In this document: piece by piece, positions 28,101-43,100 of the stretch
Layout: every line of letters starts with the position of its first letter
How positions within the stretch are numbered: position 1 is the stretch's first letter
NCBI GenBank assembly: GCA_026770705.1
Contig: JANJGN010000002.1
Coordinates: 208,940,001-209,004,000, forward strand
Reading direction: 5' to 3'
Source: Isurus oxyrinchus
Taxonomy: Eukaryota
DNA: 64,000 nucleotides
Program-made: the position numbers and the translations under genes
Notes under the pieces: generated by a model
Told to the model about the DNA's origin: nothing
Databases searched by the model: none
What the model saw: the letters and a program-made list of their open reading frames with translations, nothing else

Positions 28101-31100
28101 GTCAGGTGGAAGCTTTGGAGAGAGAAACCAATTCTTGTACTGGTACTGATCTGAAACAAATATTTGACTCTTCACCCAACGGAATTTCCTCAACCTCTGA
28201 GTCTTTACAAGATTTTCTGTTTTAATTTCAGATAACGCAACAAAGGATTCTTCACATTTTGGTCTAGAAAACATTACAGGAAATGAAACATCAAGAGCAG
28301 AAAACCGTCCTTCAACATTTCCACCATCAACAGGTGTGTAAAATGGAACTCCAGCTATCACATTTCAAAACATGGATGTGAGTTCAAAATTCACGTCTAT
28401 TACTGGTCTTGGTCATTACAAGAGCAAACACGACAGCATTGCCTGAATGTTCAGAATCGAGCACAGAAATGGAACCATTAATAATTCCAGAATTCCTTCA
28501 ACCTATGTAACATTAGTATCTATGGCAACTGTTATAGACTGTGTCAATCTGATTGGTGCAGTTTAAAAGGTATTTACAAGACCAAATGTGGTCTACAGCG
28601 CAGAACTTAATGTCCACCACAGATGTCAATCCAGACACTGGGTTTGGGGCCATGTAATTTGATGGCAGTGTGCGGAGTGGAGATCAAGCTGCGAGTCAGA
28701 AGGATAAGGGGCATGCCTTCCTGCCAGGAATCCACATTCAGCCCTTAAGGAGCTGCATAAGGGCCTCACTCTGCCAGCAATGATATTCAACCAGTCAGCA
28801 TGACGCCAGTCACGTACATTAAATGCCACCCATAAAGTTGCAAAATATATTCTTGTTACCATTCTTTCTTAGGAATGGATCGTTATTTTCCATTCTTGGC
28901 ACAGATTTGCAGCAATGAACAAAATCCAGATAAGAGGCAACTTAGCATCGCAAAGGTCATAAAATATCTGCTGTAGTCAAAGACTTTTTAATTATTCTAA
29001 AGCACACTTATACTATAATTCTTCACCATAATGACAGAAACAATAGCAGTAACATAATAGGAAATATCATTAAAACCTGCTTATTCATGGTCAGTTTGTG
29101 TTTCTCATTGTCCGATCAACTTCAAACCCCATTCATCTTAGTTCAAAATAGACAAATTAGATAAACTCCAGAAGTGAGATGAGAATGGCTGCCCATGACA
29201 TCTACTCAGCATACGTCAACATGTGGCTCTGAGAGCCTTAGCAAATTTGAGCATCCTGAGCGTTCTGGATCAATTACTCCAATCGTTGGGATCATACCGA
29301 GCACAATGGAGGATCGGAGGGGTTGTTCCACGTCGCTCTATGGAAATCTCTGCAAGAATCCCTCAGGGTAGGCTTCTCGGCCCAATCATCTTCAATTGCT
29401 TCATCAATGGCCTACTGAAGGAGGGATGTTTGCTGCTGGTTGCACAGTGTTCAGTACCTTTTCCAAACCCTGAGAAAATGATGCACTTCCTAAACAACAT
29501 TTCAAAATTCGTAACAAACTTTCAAATATATGTAAATTTCAAATATACAATAAAAGTAGGATTCCTGTCCTAAGCAGATCTCACAAGTTCAACTTGATCA
29601 AAACACATATTTGATTTCATTTACTGCAACTATCAAAATTGTCCTTCCTCTACTGACACCAAAGATAACTGTTGATGCAGAATCCAAGTCAGGTGGAAGT
29701 TTTGGAGAGAGAAACCAATTGTTCTACTGATAACGATCTGAAACTAATATTTTACTCTTCACTCTACGGAATCTGCTTCAACCTTTGAGACTTTACAAGA
29801 TTTTCTGTTTTAATTACAGATTACACCACAAAGGAATCTTCATATTTTGGTCTGGAAAACATTACAGGAAATGAAACATCAAGAGCGGAAAACCCTCCTT
29901 CAACATTTCCACCATCAACAGGTATGTAAAATTGAACTCCAGTAATCACATGTCAAACTATGGATGTGAGTTCAAAATTCAGGGACATCCCATCTTTTAC
30001 TGGTCTTGGTCATTACAAGAGCAAACACAACAGTATTTCCTGAATGTTCAGAATCGAGCACAGAAACGGAACCATTAATAAATGCCAGAATTCCTTCAAC
30101 CCATGTAACATTAGTATCTATGGCAACTGTTCTGAACAGTGTCAATCTGATTGATGCAGTTTAAGAGGTACTAACAAGACCAAATACAGTGCAGAACTTA
30201 ATGTCCACCACAGATGCCAATCCAGGGACTGGGTTTGGGGCCATGTAATTTGATGGGAGTGTGCGCATTGGCAATCAAGCTGCGAGTCAGAAAGATAAAG
30301 GGCAGCCTTCCTGCCAGGAATCCACATTCGGCGCGTAAGGAGCTGCATAAGGGCCTCACTCTGCCACCAATGTTATTCAACCAGTCGGCATGACACCAGT
30401 CACATATATTAAATGCCGCCCATAAATTACAAAATATGTTCTTGTTACTATTCTATCTTAGGAATGGATCGTTATTTTCCTTTCTTGGTACATGTTTGCT
30501 ACAATGAACAACATCCAGATAAGAGGCGGAGATCATATAATTTCTGCTGCAGTCAAAGACCTTTTAATTATGCTAATGCACACTTACACTATAATTCTTC
30601 ACCATAATGACAGAAATACGAGCACTAACATAATGGGAAATAGCACTAAAAACCTGCTCATTCATGCTCAGTTTTTGTTTCTCGTTGATCGGTCAACTTC
30701 AAGCACTGTTAGTCTTAGTTCAAAATGGACAAATTAGATAAATTGCAGAAGTGAGATGAGAATAGCTGCCCATGACATCTACTCAGCATACGTCAACATG
30801 TGGCTCTGAGAGCCTTAGCAAAATTGAGCATCCTGAGCGTTCTGGATCAATTACTCCACTCGTTGGGATCATACCGAGCACAATGGAAGATCGGAGGGGT
30901 TGTTCCATATCACTCATCTCACTCTATGGAAATCTCTGCAAGAATCCCTCAGGATAGTCTCCTCGACCCAACCATCTTCAATTGCTTCATCAATGGCCTA
31001 CTGAAGTAGGGATGTTTGCTGCTGGTTGCACAGTGTTCAGCGCCTTTTCCAATTACTGAGACAATAATGCACTTCCAAAACAACATTTCAAAATTCCTAA

Positions 31101-34100
31101 CAGACTTTCAAACATATGTATATTTAAGATATACAAAAAAAGCAGGATTCCTGTCCTAAGCATATCTCACAAATTCAACTGGATCAAAACACATATTTGA
31201 TTCCATTTACTGCAACTATCAAAATTGTCCTTCCTCTAGTGACACCAAAGTTGATGAAGAATCCACTTCACGTGGAAGCTTCGGACAGAGAAACCAATTG
31301 TTGTACTGATATCAAGTTGAAACAAATATTTGGCTCTTCACTCTACGGAATCTGCCTCAACCTCTGAGTCTTTACAAGATTTTCTGTTTTAATTTCAGAT
31401 TACAATACAAAGGATTCTTCACATTTTGAACTGGAAAACATTACAGGAAATGAAACATCAAGAGCAGAAAACCCTCCTTCAACATTTCCACCATCAACAG
31501 GTATGTAAAATGGAACTCCAGCTATCACATGTCAAAATATGGTGTGAGTCCAAAATTCAGGGACATCCCGTCTTTTACTGGTCTTGGTCATTACAAGAGC
31601 AAACACGACAGCATTTCCTGAATGTTCAGAATCGAGCACAGAAACGGAACCATTAATAAATGCCAGAATTCCTTCAACCCATGTAACATTAGTATCTATG
31701 GCAACTGTTATGGACTGTGTCAATCTGATTGATGCAGTTTAGGATGTATTAACAAGGCCAAATGTGGTCTACAGCGCAGAACTTAATGTCCACCACAGAT
31801 GCCAATCCAGAGACTGGGTTTGGGGCAATGTAATTTGATGGGAATGTGCGCATTGGCAATCAAGCTGCGAGTCCAAAGGATAAAGGACAGCCTTCCTGCC
31901 AGGAATCCACATTCAGCCCTTAAGAAGCTGCTTAAGGGCCGCACTCTGCCACCAATGATATTCAACCAGTTGGCATGACACCAGTCACGTACATTAAATG
32001 CCACGCATGATGTTGCAAAAGATTTTCTTGTTACTATTCTTTCTTAGGAATGGATCGTTATTTTCCTTTCTTGGTACAGATTTGCTACAATGAACAAAAT
32101 CCAGATAAGGGGCAACTTAGCATCGCAAAGATCATATAATTGCTGCTGTAGTCAAAGACTTTTTAATTATGCTAATGCACACTTATAATATAATTCTTCA
32201 CCATAATGACAGAAACAAGAGCAGTAACATATTGGGAAATAGCACTAAAAACCTGCTCATTCATGCTCAGTTTGTGTTTCTCATTGACTGATCAACTTCA
32301 AACCCCGTTATTCTTAGTTCAAAATGGACAAATTAGATAAATTGCAGAAGTGAGATGAGAATAGCTGCCCATGACATCTACTCAGCATACGTCAACATGT
32401 GGCTCTCAGAGCCTTAGCAAAATTGAGCATCCTGAGCGTTCTGGTTCAATTACTCCACTCGTTGGGATCATACCGAGCACAATGGAAGATCGGAAGGGTT
32501 GTTCCACGTCGTTCATCTCACTCTATGGAAATCTCTGCAAGAATCCCTCAGGGTAGGCTTCTCGGCCCAACCATCTTCAACTGCTTCATCCATGGCCTAC
32601 TGAAGGAGGGATGTTTGCTGCTGGTTGCACAGTGTTCAGTACCTATTCCAAATCCTGAGAAAATGATGCACTTCCTAAACAACATTTCAAAATTCGTAAC
32701 AAACTTTCAAATATATGTAAATTTCAAATATACAATAAAAGCAGGATTCCTGTCCTAAGCAGATCTCACAAATTCAACTGGATCCAAACACATATTTGAT
32801 TTCATTTACTGCAACTATCAAAATTGTCCTTCCTCTAGTGACACCAAAGATAAATGTTGCTGCAGCATCCAAGTCAAATGGAAGTTTTGGGCAGAGAAAC
32901 CAATTGTTCTACTGATAGCGATCTGAAACTAATATTTTACTCTTCACTCTACAGAATCTGCCTCAACCTTGGAGTCTTTACAAGATTTTCTGCTTTTATT
33001 TCAGATTACACCACAAAGGAATCTTCACATTTTGGTCTGGAAAACATTACAGGAAATGAAACATCAAGAGCAGAAAAAGCACCTTCAACATTTCCACCAT
33101 CAACAGGTATGTAAAATTGAACTCCAGTTATCACATGTCCAAATATGGATGCGAGTTCAAAATTCAGGGACATCCCGTCTTTTATTAGTTCTGGTCATTA
33201 CAAGAGCAAACACGACAGCATTTCCTGAATGTTCAGAATCGAGCACAGAAATGGAACCATTAATAAATGCCAGAATTCCTACAACCCATGTAACGTTAGT
33301 ATCAATGGCAACTGTTATGGACTGTGTCAATCTGACTGATGCAGTTTAAGAGGTACTAACAAGACCAAATGTGATCTCCAGCACAGAACTTAATGTCCAC
33401 CACAATGCCAATCCAGTGACTGGGTTTTGGGCCACGTAATTTGATGGGAGTGTGCGAAGTGGAGATCAAGCTGCATGTCAGAAGGATAAAGGGCAGCCTT
33501 CCTGCCAGGAATCCACATTCGGCTCTTAAGGAGCTGCATGACAGCCTCACGCTGCCAACAATGATATTCAATCATTCAGCATGATATCAGTCTCGTACAT
33601 TAAATGCCACCCATAAAGTTGCGAAATATGTTCTTGTTGCTATTCTTTCTTAGGAATGGATCGTTATTTTCTTCTCTTGGTACAGATTTGCAGCAATGAA
33701 CAAAATCCAGATAAGAGGCAACTTAGCATCGCAAAGATCATATAATTTCTGCTGTAGTCAAAGACTTTTTAATTATGCTAATACACCATTATACTATAAT
33801 TCTTCACCATAATGACAGAAATAAGAGCAGTAATATATTGTGAAATAGCACTAAAAACCTGTTCAATCATGCTCAGTTTGTGTTTCTCATTGACCAATCA
33901 ACTTCAAACCCCATTGGTCTTAGTTCAAAATGGACAAATTAGATAAATTGCAGAAGTGAGATGAGAATAGCTGCCCATGACATCAACTCAGCATACGTCA
34001 AAATGTGCCTCTCAGAGTCTTAGCAAAATTGAGCATCCTGAGCGTTCTGGATCAATTATTCCACTCGTTGGGATCATACCGAGCACAATGGATGATCAGA

Positions 34101-37100
34101 GGGGTTGTTCCATGTCGCTCATCTCACTCTATGGAAATCTCTGCAAGAATCCCTCAGGGTAGGATCCTCGGCCCAACCATCTTCAATTGCTTCATCAATG
34201 GCCTACAGAAGTAGGGATGTTTGCTGCTGGTTGCACAGTGTTCAGTACCTTTTCCAATTCCTGAAATAATGATGCACTTCCAAAACAACATTTCAAAATT
34301 CATAACAATCTTTCAAATATATGTATATTTATAATGTACAACAAAAGCACGATACCTGTCCTGAGCATATCTCACAAATTCAACTGGATCAAAAGACATA
34401 TTTGATTCCATTTACTGCAACTTTCAAAGTACTCCTTCTTCTAGTGACACCAAAGACAACTGGTGATGCAGAATTCACGTCAGGTGGAAGCTTCGGAGAG
34501 AGAAACCAATTCTTGTACTGGTACTGATCTGAAACAAATATTTTGCACTTCACTCTATGGAATCTTCCTCAACATCTGAGTCTTGACAAGATTTTCTGTT
34601 TTAATTTCAGATAACACAACAAAGGATTCTTCACAGTTTGATCTGGAAAACAATACAGGAAATGAAACATCAAGAGCAGAAAACCCTCCTTCAACATTTC
34701 CACCATCAACAGGTATGTAAAATTGAACTCCAGCTATTACATGTCAAAATATGGATGTGAGTTCAAAATTCAGGGACTTTCCCGTCTTTTACTGGTTCTG
34801 GTCATTACAAGAGCAAACACGACCACATTTCCTGAATGTTGCTGAATGAGCACAGAAACGGAACCATTAATAAATGCCAGAATTCCTTCAACCCATTAAC
34901 GTTAGTATCTATGGCAACTGTTATGGACTGTGTCAATCTGACTGATGCAGTTTAAGAGGTACAAACAAGACCAAATGTGATCTCCAGCACAGAACTTAAT
35001 ATCCACCACAATGCCAATCCAGTGACTGGGTTTGGGGCCATGTAATTTGATGGGAGTGTGCAAAGTGGAGATCAAGCTGCGAGTCAGAAGGATAAAGGGC
35101 AGCCTTCCTGCCAGGAATCCACATTTGGCTCTTAAGGAGCTGCATGACAGCCTCACGCTGCCAACAATGATATTCAATCATTCAGCATGATATCAGTCTC
35201 GTACATTAAATGCCGCCCATAAAGTTGCGAAATATGTTCTTGTTGCTATTCTTTCTTAGGAATGGATCGTTATTTTCCATTCTTGGCACAGATTTGCAGC
35301 AATGAACAAAATCCAGTTAAGAGGCAACTTAGCATCGCAAAGGTCATAAAATATCTGCTGTAGTCAAAGACTTTTTAATTATGCTAATGCACACTTATAC
35401 TATAATTCTTCACCATAATGACAGAAACAATAGCAGTAACATAATAGGAAATAGCATTAAAATCTGCTCATTCATGCTCAGTTTGTGTTTCTCATTGACC
35501 GATCAACTTCAAACCCCGTTATTCTTAGTTCAAAATGGACAAATTAGATAAATTGCAGAAGTGAGATGAGAATAGCTGCCCATGACATCTACTCAGCATA
35601 CATCAACATGTGGCTCTGAGAGCCTTAGCAAAATTGAGCATCCTGAGTGTTCTGGATCAATTACTCCACTCGTTGGGATCATACCGAGTACAATGGAAGA
35701 TCGGAAGGGTTGTTCCACGTCGTTCATCTCACTCTATGGAAATCTCTGCAAGAATCCCTCAGGGTAGGCTTCTCGGCCCAACCATCTTCAATTGCTTCAA
35801 CAATGGCCTTCAGAAGTAGGGATGTTTGCTGCTGGTTGCACAGTGTTCAGTGCCTTTTCCAATTCCTGAAATAATGATGCGCTCCCTAAACAACATTTCA
35901 AAATTTGTAACAAACTTTCAAGTATATGTATATTTATAATGTATGACAAAAGCAGGAAACCTGTCCTAAGCAGATCTCACAAATTGAACTCGATCAAAAC
36001 ACATAGTTGGTTCCATTGACTGCAACTTTCAAAGTTCTCCTTCCTCTGGTGACACCAAAGACAACTGGTGATGCAGAATTCACGTCAGGTGGAAGCTTTG
36101 GAGAGAGAAACCAATTCTTGTACTGGTACTGATCTGAAACAAATATTTGACTCTTCACCCAACGGAATTTCCTCAACCTCTGAGTCTTTACAAGATTTTC
36201 TGTTTTAATTTCAGATAACGCAACAAAGGATTCTTCACATTTTGGTCTAGAAAACATTACAGGAAATGAAACATCAAGAGCAGAAAACCGTCCTTCAACA
36301 TTTCCACCATCAACAGGTGTGTAAAATGGAACTCCAGCTATCACATTTCAAAACATGGATGTGAGTTCAAAATTCACGTCTATTACTGGTCTTGGTCATT
36401 ACAAGAGCAAACACGACAGCATTGCCTGAATGTTCAGAATCGAGCACAGAAATGGAACCATTAATAATTCCAGAATTCCTTCAACCTATGTAACATTAGT
36501 ATCTATGGCAACTGTTATAGACTGTGTCAATCTGATTGGTGCAGTTTAAAAGGTATTTACAAGACCAAATGTGGTCTACAGCGCAGAACTTAATGTCCAC
36601 CACAGATGTCAATCCAGACACTGGGTTTGGGGCCATGTAATTTGATGGCAGTGTGCGGAGTGGAGATCAAGCTGCGAGTCAGAAGGATAAGGGGCATGCC
36701 TTCCTGCCAGGAATCCACATTCAGCCCTTAAGGAGCTGCATAAGGGCCTCACTCTGCCAGCAATGATATTCAACCAGTCAGCATGACGCCAGTCACGTAC
36801 ATTAAATGCCACCCATAAAGTTGCAAAATATATTCTTGTTACCATTCTTTCTTAGGAATGGATCGTTATTTTCCATTCTTGGTACAGATTTGCAGCAATG
36901 AACAAAATCCAGTTAAGAGGCAACTTAGCATCGCAAAGGTCATAAAATATCTGCTGTAGTCAAAGACTTTTTAATTATGCTAATGCACACTTATACTATA
37001 ATTCTTCACCATAATGACAGAAACAATAGCAGTAACATAATAGGAAATAGCATTAAAATCTGCTCATTCATGCTCAGTTTGTGTTTCTCATTGACCGATC

Positions 37101-40100
37101 AACTTCAAACCCCGTTATTCTTAGTTCAAAATGGACAAATTAGATAAATTGCAGAAGTGAGATGAGAATAGCTGCCCATGACATCTACTCAGCATACATC
37201 AACATGTGGCTCTGAGAGCCTTAGCAAAATTGAGCATCCTGAGTGTTCTGGATCAATTACTCCACTCGTTGGGATCATACCGAGTACAATGGAAGATCGG
37301 AAGGGTTGTTCCACGTCGTTCATCTCACTCTATGGAAATCTCTGCAAGAATCCCTCAGGGTAGGCTTCTCGGCCCAACCATCTTCAATTGCTTCAACAAT
37401 GGCCTTCAGAAGTAGGGATGTTTGCTGCTGGTTGCACAGTGTTCAGTGCCTTTTCCAATTCCTGAAATAATGATGCGCTCCCTAAACAACATTTCAAAAT
37501 TTGTAACAAACTTTCAAGTATATGTATATTTATAATGTATGACAAAAGCAGGAAACCTGTCCTAAGCAGATCTCACAAATTGAACTCGATCAAAACACAT
37601 AGTTGGTTCCATTGACTGCAACTTTCAAAGTTCTCCTTCCTCTGGTGACACCAAAGACAACTGGTGATGCAGAATTCACGTCAGGTGGAAGCTTTGGAGA
37701 GAGAAACCAATTCTTGTACTGGTACTGATCTGAAACAAATATTTGACTCTTCACCCAACGGAATTTCCTCAACCTCTGAGTCTTTACAAGATTTTCTGTT
37801 TTAATTTCAGATAACGCAACAAAGGATTCTTCACATTTTGGTCTAGAAAACATTACAGGAAATGAAACATCAAGAGCAGAAAACCGTCCTTCAACATTTC
37901 CACCATCAACAGGTGTGTAAAATGGAACTCCAGCTATCACATTTCAAAACATGGATGTGAGTTCAAAATTCACGTCTATTACTGGTCTTGGTCATTACAA
38001 GAGCAAACACGACAGCATTGCCTGAATGTTCAGAATCGAGCACAGAAATGGAACCATTAATAATTCCAGAATTCCTTCAACCTATGTAACATTAGTATCT
38101 ATGGCAACTGTTATAGACTGTGTCAATCTGATTGGTGCAGTTTAAAAGGTATTTACAAGACCAAATGTGGTCTACAGCGCAGAACTTAATGTCCACCACA
38201 GATGTCAATCCAGACACTGGGTTTGGGGCCATGTAATTTGATGGCAGTGTGCGGAGTGGAGATCAAGCTGCGAGTCAGAAGGATAAGGGGCATGCCTTCC
38301 TGCCAGGAATCCACATTCAGCCCTTAAGGAGCTGCATAAGGGCCTCACTCTGCCAGCAATGATATTCAACCAGTCAGCATGACGCCAGTCACGTACATTA
38401 AATGCCACCCATAAAGTTGCAAAATATATTCTTGTTACCATTCTTTCTTAGGAATGGATCGTTATTTTCCATTCTTGGCACAGATTTGCAGCAATGAACA
38501 AAATCCAGATAAGAGGCAACTTAGCATCGCAAAGGTCATAAAATATCTGCTGTAGTCAAAGACTTTTTAATTATTCTAAAGCACACTTATACTATAATTC
38601 TTCACCATAATGACAGAAACAATAGCAGTAACATAATAGGAAATATCATTAAAACCTGCTTATTCATGGTCAGTTTGTGTTTCTCATTGTCCGATCAACT
38701 TCAAACCCCATTCATCTTAGTTCAAAATAGACAAATTAGATAAACTCCAGAAGTGAGATGAGAATGGCTGCCCATGACATCTACTCAGCATACGTCAACA
38801 TGTGGCTCTGAGAGCCTTAGCAAATTTGAGCATCCTGAGCGTTCTGGATCAATTACTCCAATCGTTGGGATCATACCGAGCACAATGGAGGATCGGAGGG
38901 GTTGTTCCACGTCGCTCTATGGAAATCTCTGCAAGAATCCCTCAGGGTAGGCTTCTCGGCCCAATCATCTTCAATTGCTTCATCAATGGCCTACTGAAGG
39001 AGGGATGTTTGCTGCTGGTTGCACAGTGTTCAGTACCTTTTCCAAACCCTGAGAAAATGATGCACTTCCTAAACAACATTTCAAAATTCGTAACAAACTT
39101 TCAAATATATGTAAATTTCAAATATACAATAAAAGTAGGATTCCTGTCCTAAGCAGATCTCACAAGTTCAACTTGATCAAAACACATATTTGATTTCATT
39201 TACTGCAACTATCAAAATTGTCCTTCCTCTACTGACACCAAAGATAACTGTTGATGCAGAATCCAAGTCAGGTGGAAGTTTTGGAGAGAGAAACCAATTG
39301 TTCTACTGATAACGATCTGAAACTAATATTTTACTCTTCACTCTACGGAATCTGCTTCAACCTTTGAGACTTTACAAGATTTTCTGTTTTAATTACAGAT
39401 TACACCACAAAGGAATCTTCATATTTTGGTCTGGAAAACATTACAGGAAATGAAACATCAAGAGCGGAAAACCCTCCTTCAACATTTCCACCATCAACAG
39501 GTATGTAAAATTGAACTCCAGTAATCACATGTCAAACTATGGATGTGAGTTCAAAATTCAGGGACATCCCATCTTTTACTGGTCTTGGTCATTACAAGAG
39601 CAAACACAACAGTATTTCCTGAATGTTCAGAATCGAGCACAGAAACGGAACCATTAATAAATGCCAGAATTCCTTCAACCCATGTAACATTAGTATCTAT
39701 GGCAACTGTTCTGAACAGTGTCAATCTGATTGATGCAGTTTAAGAGGTACTAACAAGACCAAATACAGTGCAGAACTTAATGTCCACCACAGATGCCAAT
39801 CCAGGGACTGGGTTTGGGGCCATGTAATTTGATGGGAGTGTGCGCATTGGCAATCAAGCTGCGAGTCAGAAAGATAAAGGGCAGCCTTCCTGCCAGGAAT
39901 CCACATTCGGCGCGTAAGGAGCTGCATAAGGGCCTCACTCTGCCACCAATGTTATTCAACCAGTCGGCATGACACCAGTCACATATATTAAATGCCGCCC
40001 ATAAATTACAAAATATGTTCTTGTTACTATTCTATCTTAGGAATGGATCGTTATTTTCCTTTCTTGGTACATGTTTGCTACAATGAACAACATCCAGATA

Positions 40101-43100
40101 AGAGGCGGAGATCATATAATTTCTGCTGCAGTCAAAGACCTTTTAATTATGCTAATGCACACTTACACTATAATTCTTCACCATAATGACAGAAATACGA
40201 GCACTAACATAATGGGAAATAGCACTAAAAACCTGCTCATTCATGCTCAGTTTTTGTTTCTCGTTGATCGGTCAACTTCAAGCACTGTTAGTCTTAGTTC
40301 AAAATGGACAAATTAGATAAATTGCAGAAGTGAGATGAGAATAGCTGCCCATGACATCTACTCAGCATACGTCAACATGTGGCTCTGAGAGCCTTAGCAA
40401 AATTGAGCATCCTGAGTGTTCTGGATCAATTACTCCACTCGTTGGGATCATACCGAGTACAATGGAAGATCGGAAGGGTTGTTCCACGTCGTTCATCTCA
40501 CTCTATGGAAATCTCTGCAAGAATCCCTCAGGGTAGGCTTCTCGGCCCAACCATCTTCAATTGCTTCAACAATGGCCTTCAGAAGTAGGGATGTTTGCTG
40601 CTGGTTGCACAGTGTTCAGTGCCTTTTCCAATTCCTGAAATAATGATGCGCTCCCTAAACAACATTTCAAAATTTGTAACAAACTTTCAAGTATATGTAT
40701 ATTTATAATGTATGACAAAAGCAGGAAACCTGTCCTAAGCAGATCTCACAAATTGAACTCGATCAAAACACATAGTTGGTTCCATTGACTGCAACTTTCA
40801 AAGTTCTCCTTCCTCTGGTGACACCAAAGACAACTGGTGATGCAGAATTCACGTCAGGTGGAAGCTTTGGAGAGAGAAACCAATTCTTGTACTGGTACTG
40901 ATCTGAAACAAATATTTGACTCTTCACCCAACGGAATTTCCTCAACCTCTGAGTCTTTACAAGATTTTCTGTTTTAATTTCAGATAACGCAACAAAGGAT
41001 TCTTCACATTTTGGTCTAGAAAACATTACAGGAAATGAAACATCAAGAGCAGAAAACCGTCCTTCAACATTTCCACCATCAACAGGTGTGTAAAATGGAA
41101 CTCCAGCTATCACATGTCAAAACATGGATGTGAGTTCAAAATTCACGTCTATTACTGGTCTTGGTCATTACAAGAGCAAACACGACAGCATTGCCTGAAT
41201 GTTCAGAATCGAGCACAGAAATGGAACCATTAATAATTCCAGAATTCCTTCAACCTATGTAACATTAGTATCTATGGCAACTGTTATAGACTGTGTCAAT
41301 CTGATTGGTGCAGTTTAAAAGGTATTTACAAGACCAAATGTGGTCTACAGCGCAGAACTTAATGTCCACCACAGATGTCAATCCAGACACTGGGTTTGGG
41401 GCCATGTAATTTGATGGCAGTGTGCGGAGTGGAGATCAAGCTGCGAGTCAGAAGGATAAGGGGCATGCCTTCCTGCCAGGAATCCACATTCAGCCCTTAA
41501 GGAGCTGCATAAGGGCCTCACTCTGCCAGCAATGATATTCAACCAGTCAGCTTGACGCCAGTCACGTACATTAAATGCCACCCATAAAGTTGCAAAATAT
41601 ATTCTTGTTACCATTCTTTCTTAGGAATGGATCGTTATTTTCCATTCTTGGTACAGATTTGCAGCAATGAACAAAATCCAGTTAAGAGGCAACTTAGCAT
41701 CGCAAAGGTCATAAAATATCTGCTGTAGTCAAAGACTTTTTAATTATGCTAATGCACACTTATACTATAATTCTTCACCATAATGACAGAAACAATAGCA
41801 GTAACATAATAGGAAATAGCATTAAAATCTGCTCATTCATGCTCAGTTTGTGTTTCTCATTGACCGATCAACTTCAAACCCCGTTATTCTTAGTTCAAAA
41901 TGGACAAATTAGATAAATTGCAGAAGTGAGATGAGAATAGCTGCCCATGACATCTACTCAGCATACATCAACATGTGGCTCTGAGAGCCTTAGCAAAATT
42001 GAGCATCCTGAGTGTTCTGGATCAATTACTCCACTCGTTGGGATCATACCGAGTACAATGGAAGATCGGAAGGGTTGTTCCACGTCGTTCATCTCACTCT
42101 ATGGAAATCTCTGCAAGAATCCCTCAGGGTAGGCTTCTCGGCCCAACCATCTTCAATTGCTTCAACAATGGCCTTCAGAAGTAGGGATGTTTGCTGCTGG
42201 TTGCACAGTGTTCAGTGCCTTTTCCAATTCCTGAAATAATGATGCGCTCCCTAAACAACATTTCAAAATTTGTAACAAACTTTCAAGTATATGTATATTT
42301 ATAATGTATGACAAAAGCAGGAAACCTGTCCTAAGCAGATCTCACAAATTGAACTCGATCAAAACACATATTTGGTTCCATTGACTGCAACTTTCAAAGT
42401 TCTCCTTCCTCTGGTGACACCAAAGACAACTGGTGATGCAGAATTCACGTCAGGTGGAAGCTTTGGAGAGAGAAACCAATTCTTGTACTGGTACTGATCT
42501 GAAACAAATATTTGACTCTTCACCCAACGGAATTTCCTCAACCTCTGAGTCTTTACAAGATTTTCTGTTTTAATTTCAGATAACGCAACAAAGGATTCTT
42601 CACATTTTGGTCTAGAAAACATTACAGGAAATGAAACATCAAGAGCAGAAAACCGTCCTTCAACATTTCCACCATCAACAGGTGTGTAAAATGGAACTCC
42701 AGCTATCACATTTCAAAACATGGATGTGAGTTCAAAATTCACGTCTATTACTGGTCTTGGTCATTACAAGAGCAAACACGACAGCATTGCCTGAATGTTC
42801 AGAATCGAGCACAGAAATGGAACCATTAATAATTCCAGAATTCCTTCAACCTATGTAACATTAGTATCTATGGCAACTGTTATAGACTGTGTCAATCTGA
42901 TTGGTGCAGTTTAAAAGGTATTTACAAGACCAAATGTGGTCTACAGCGCAGAACTTAATGTCCACCACAGATGTCAATCCAGACACTGGGTTTGGGGCCA
43001 TGTAATTTGATGGCAGTGTGCGGAGTGGAGATCAAGCTGCGAGTCAGAAGGATAAGGGGCATGCCTTCCTGCCAGGAATCCACATTCAGCCCTTAAGGAG

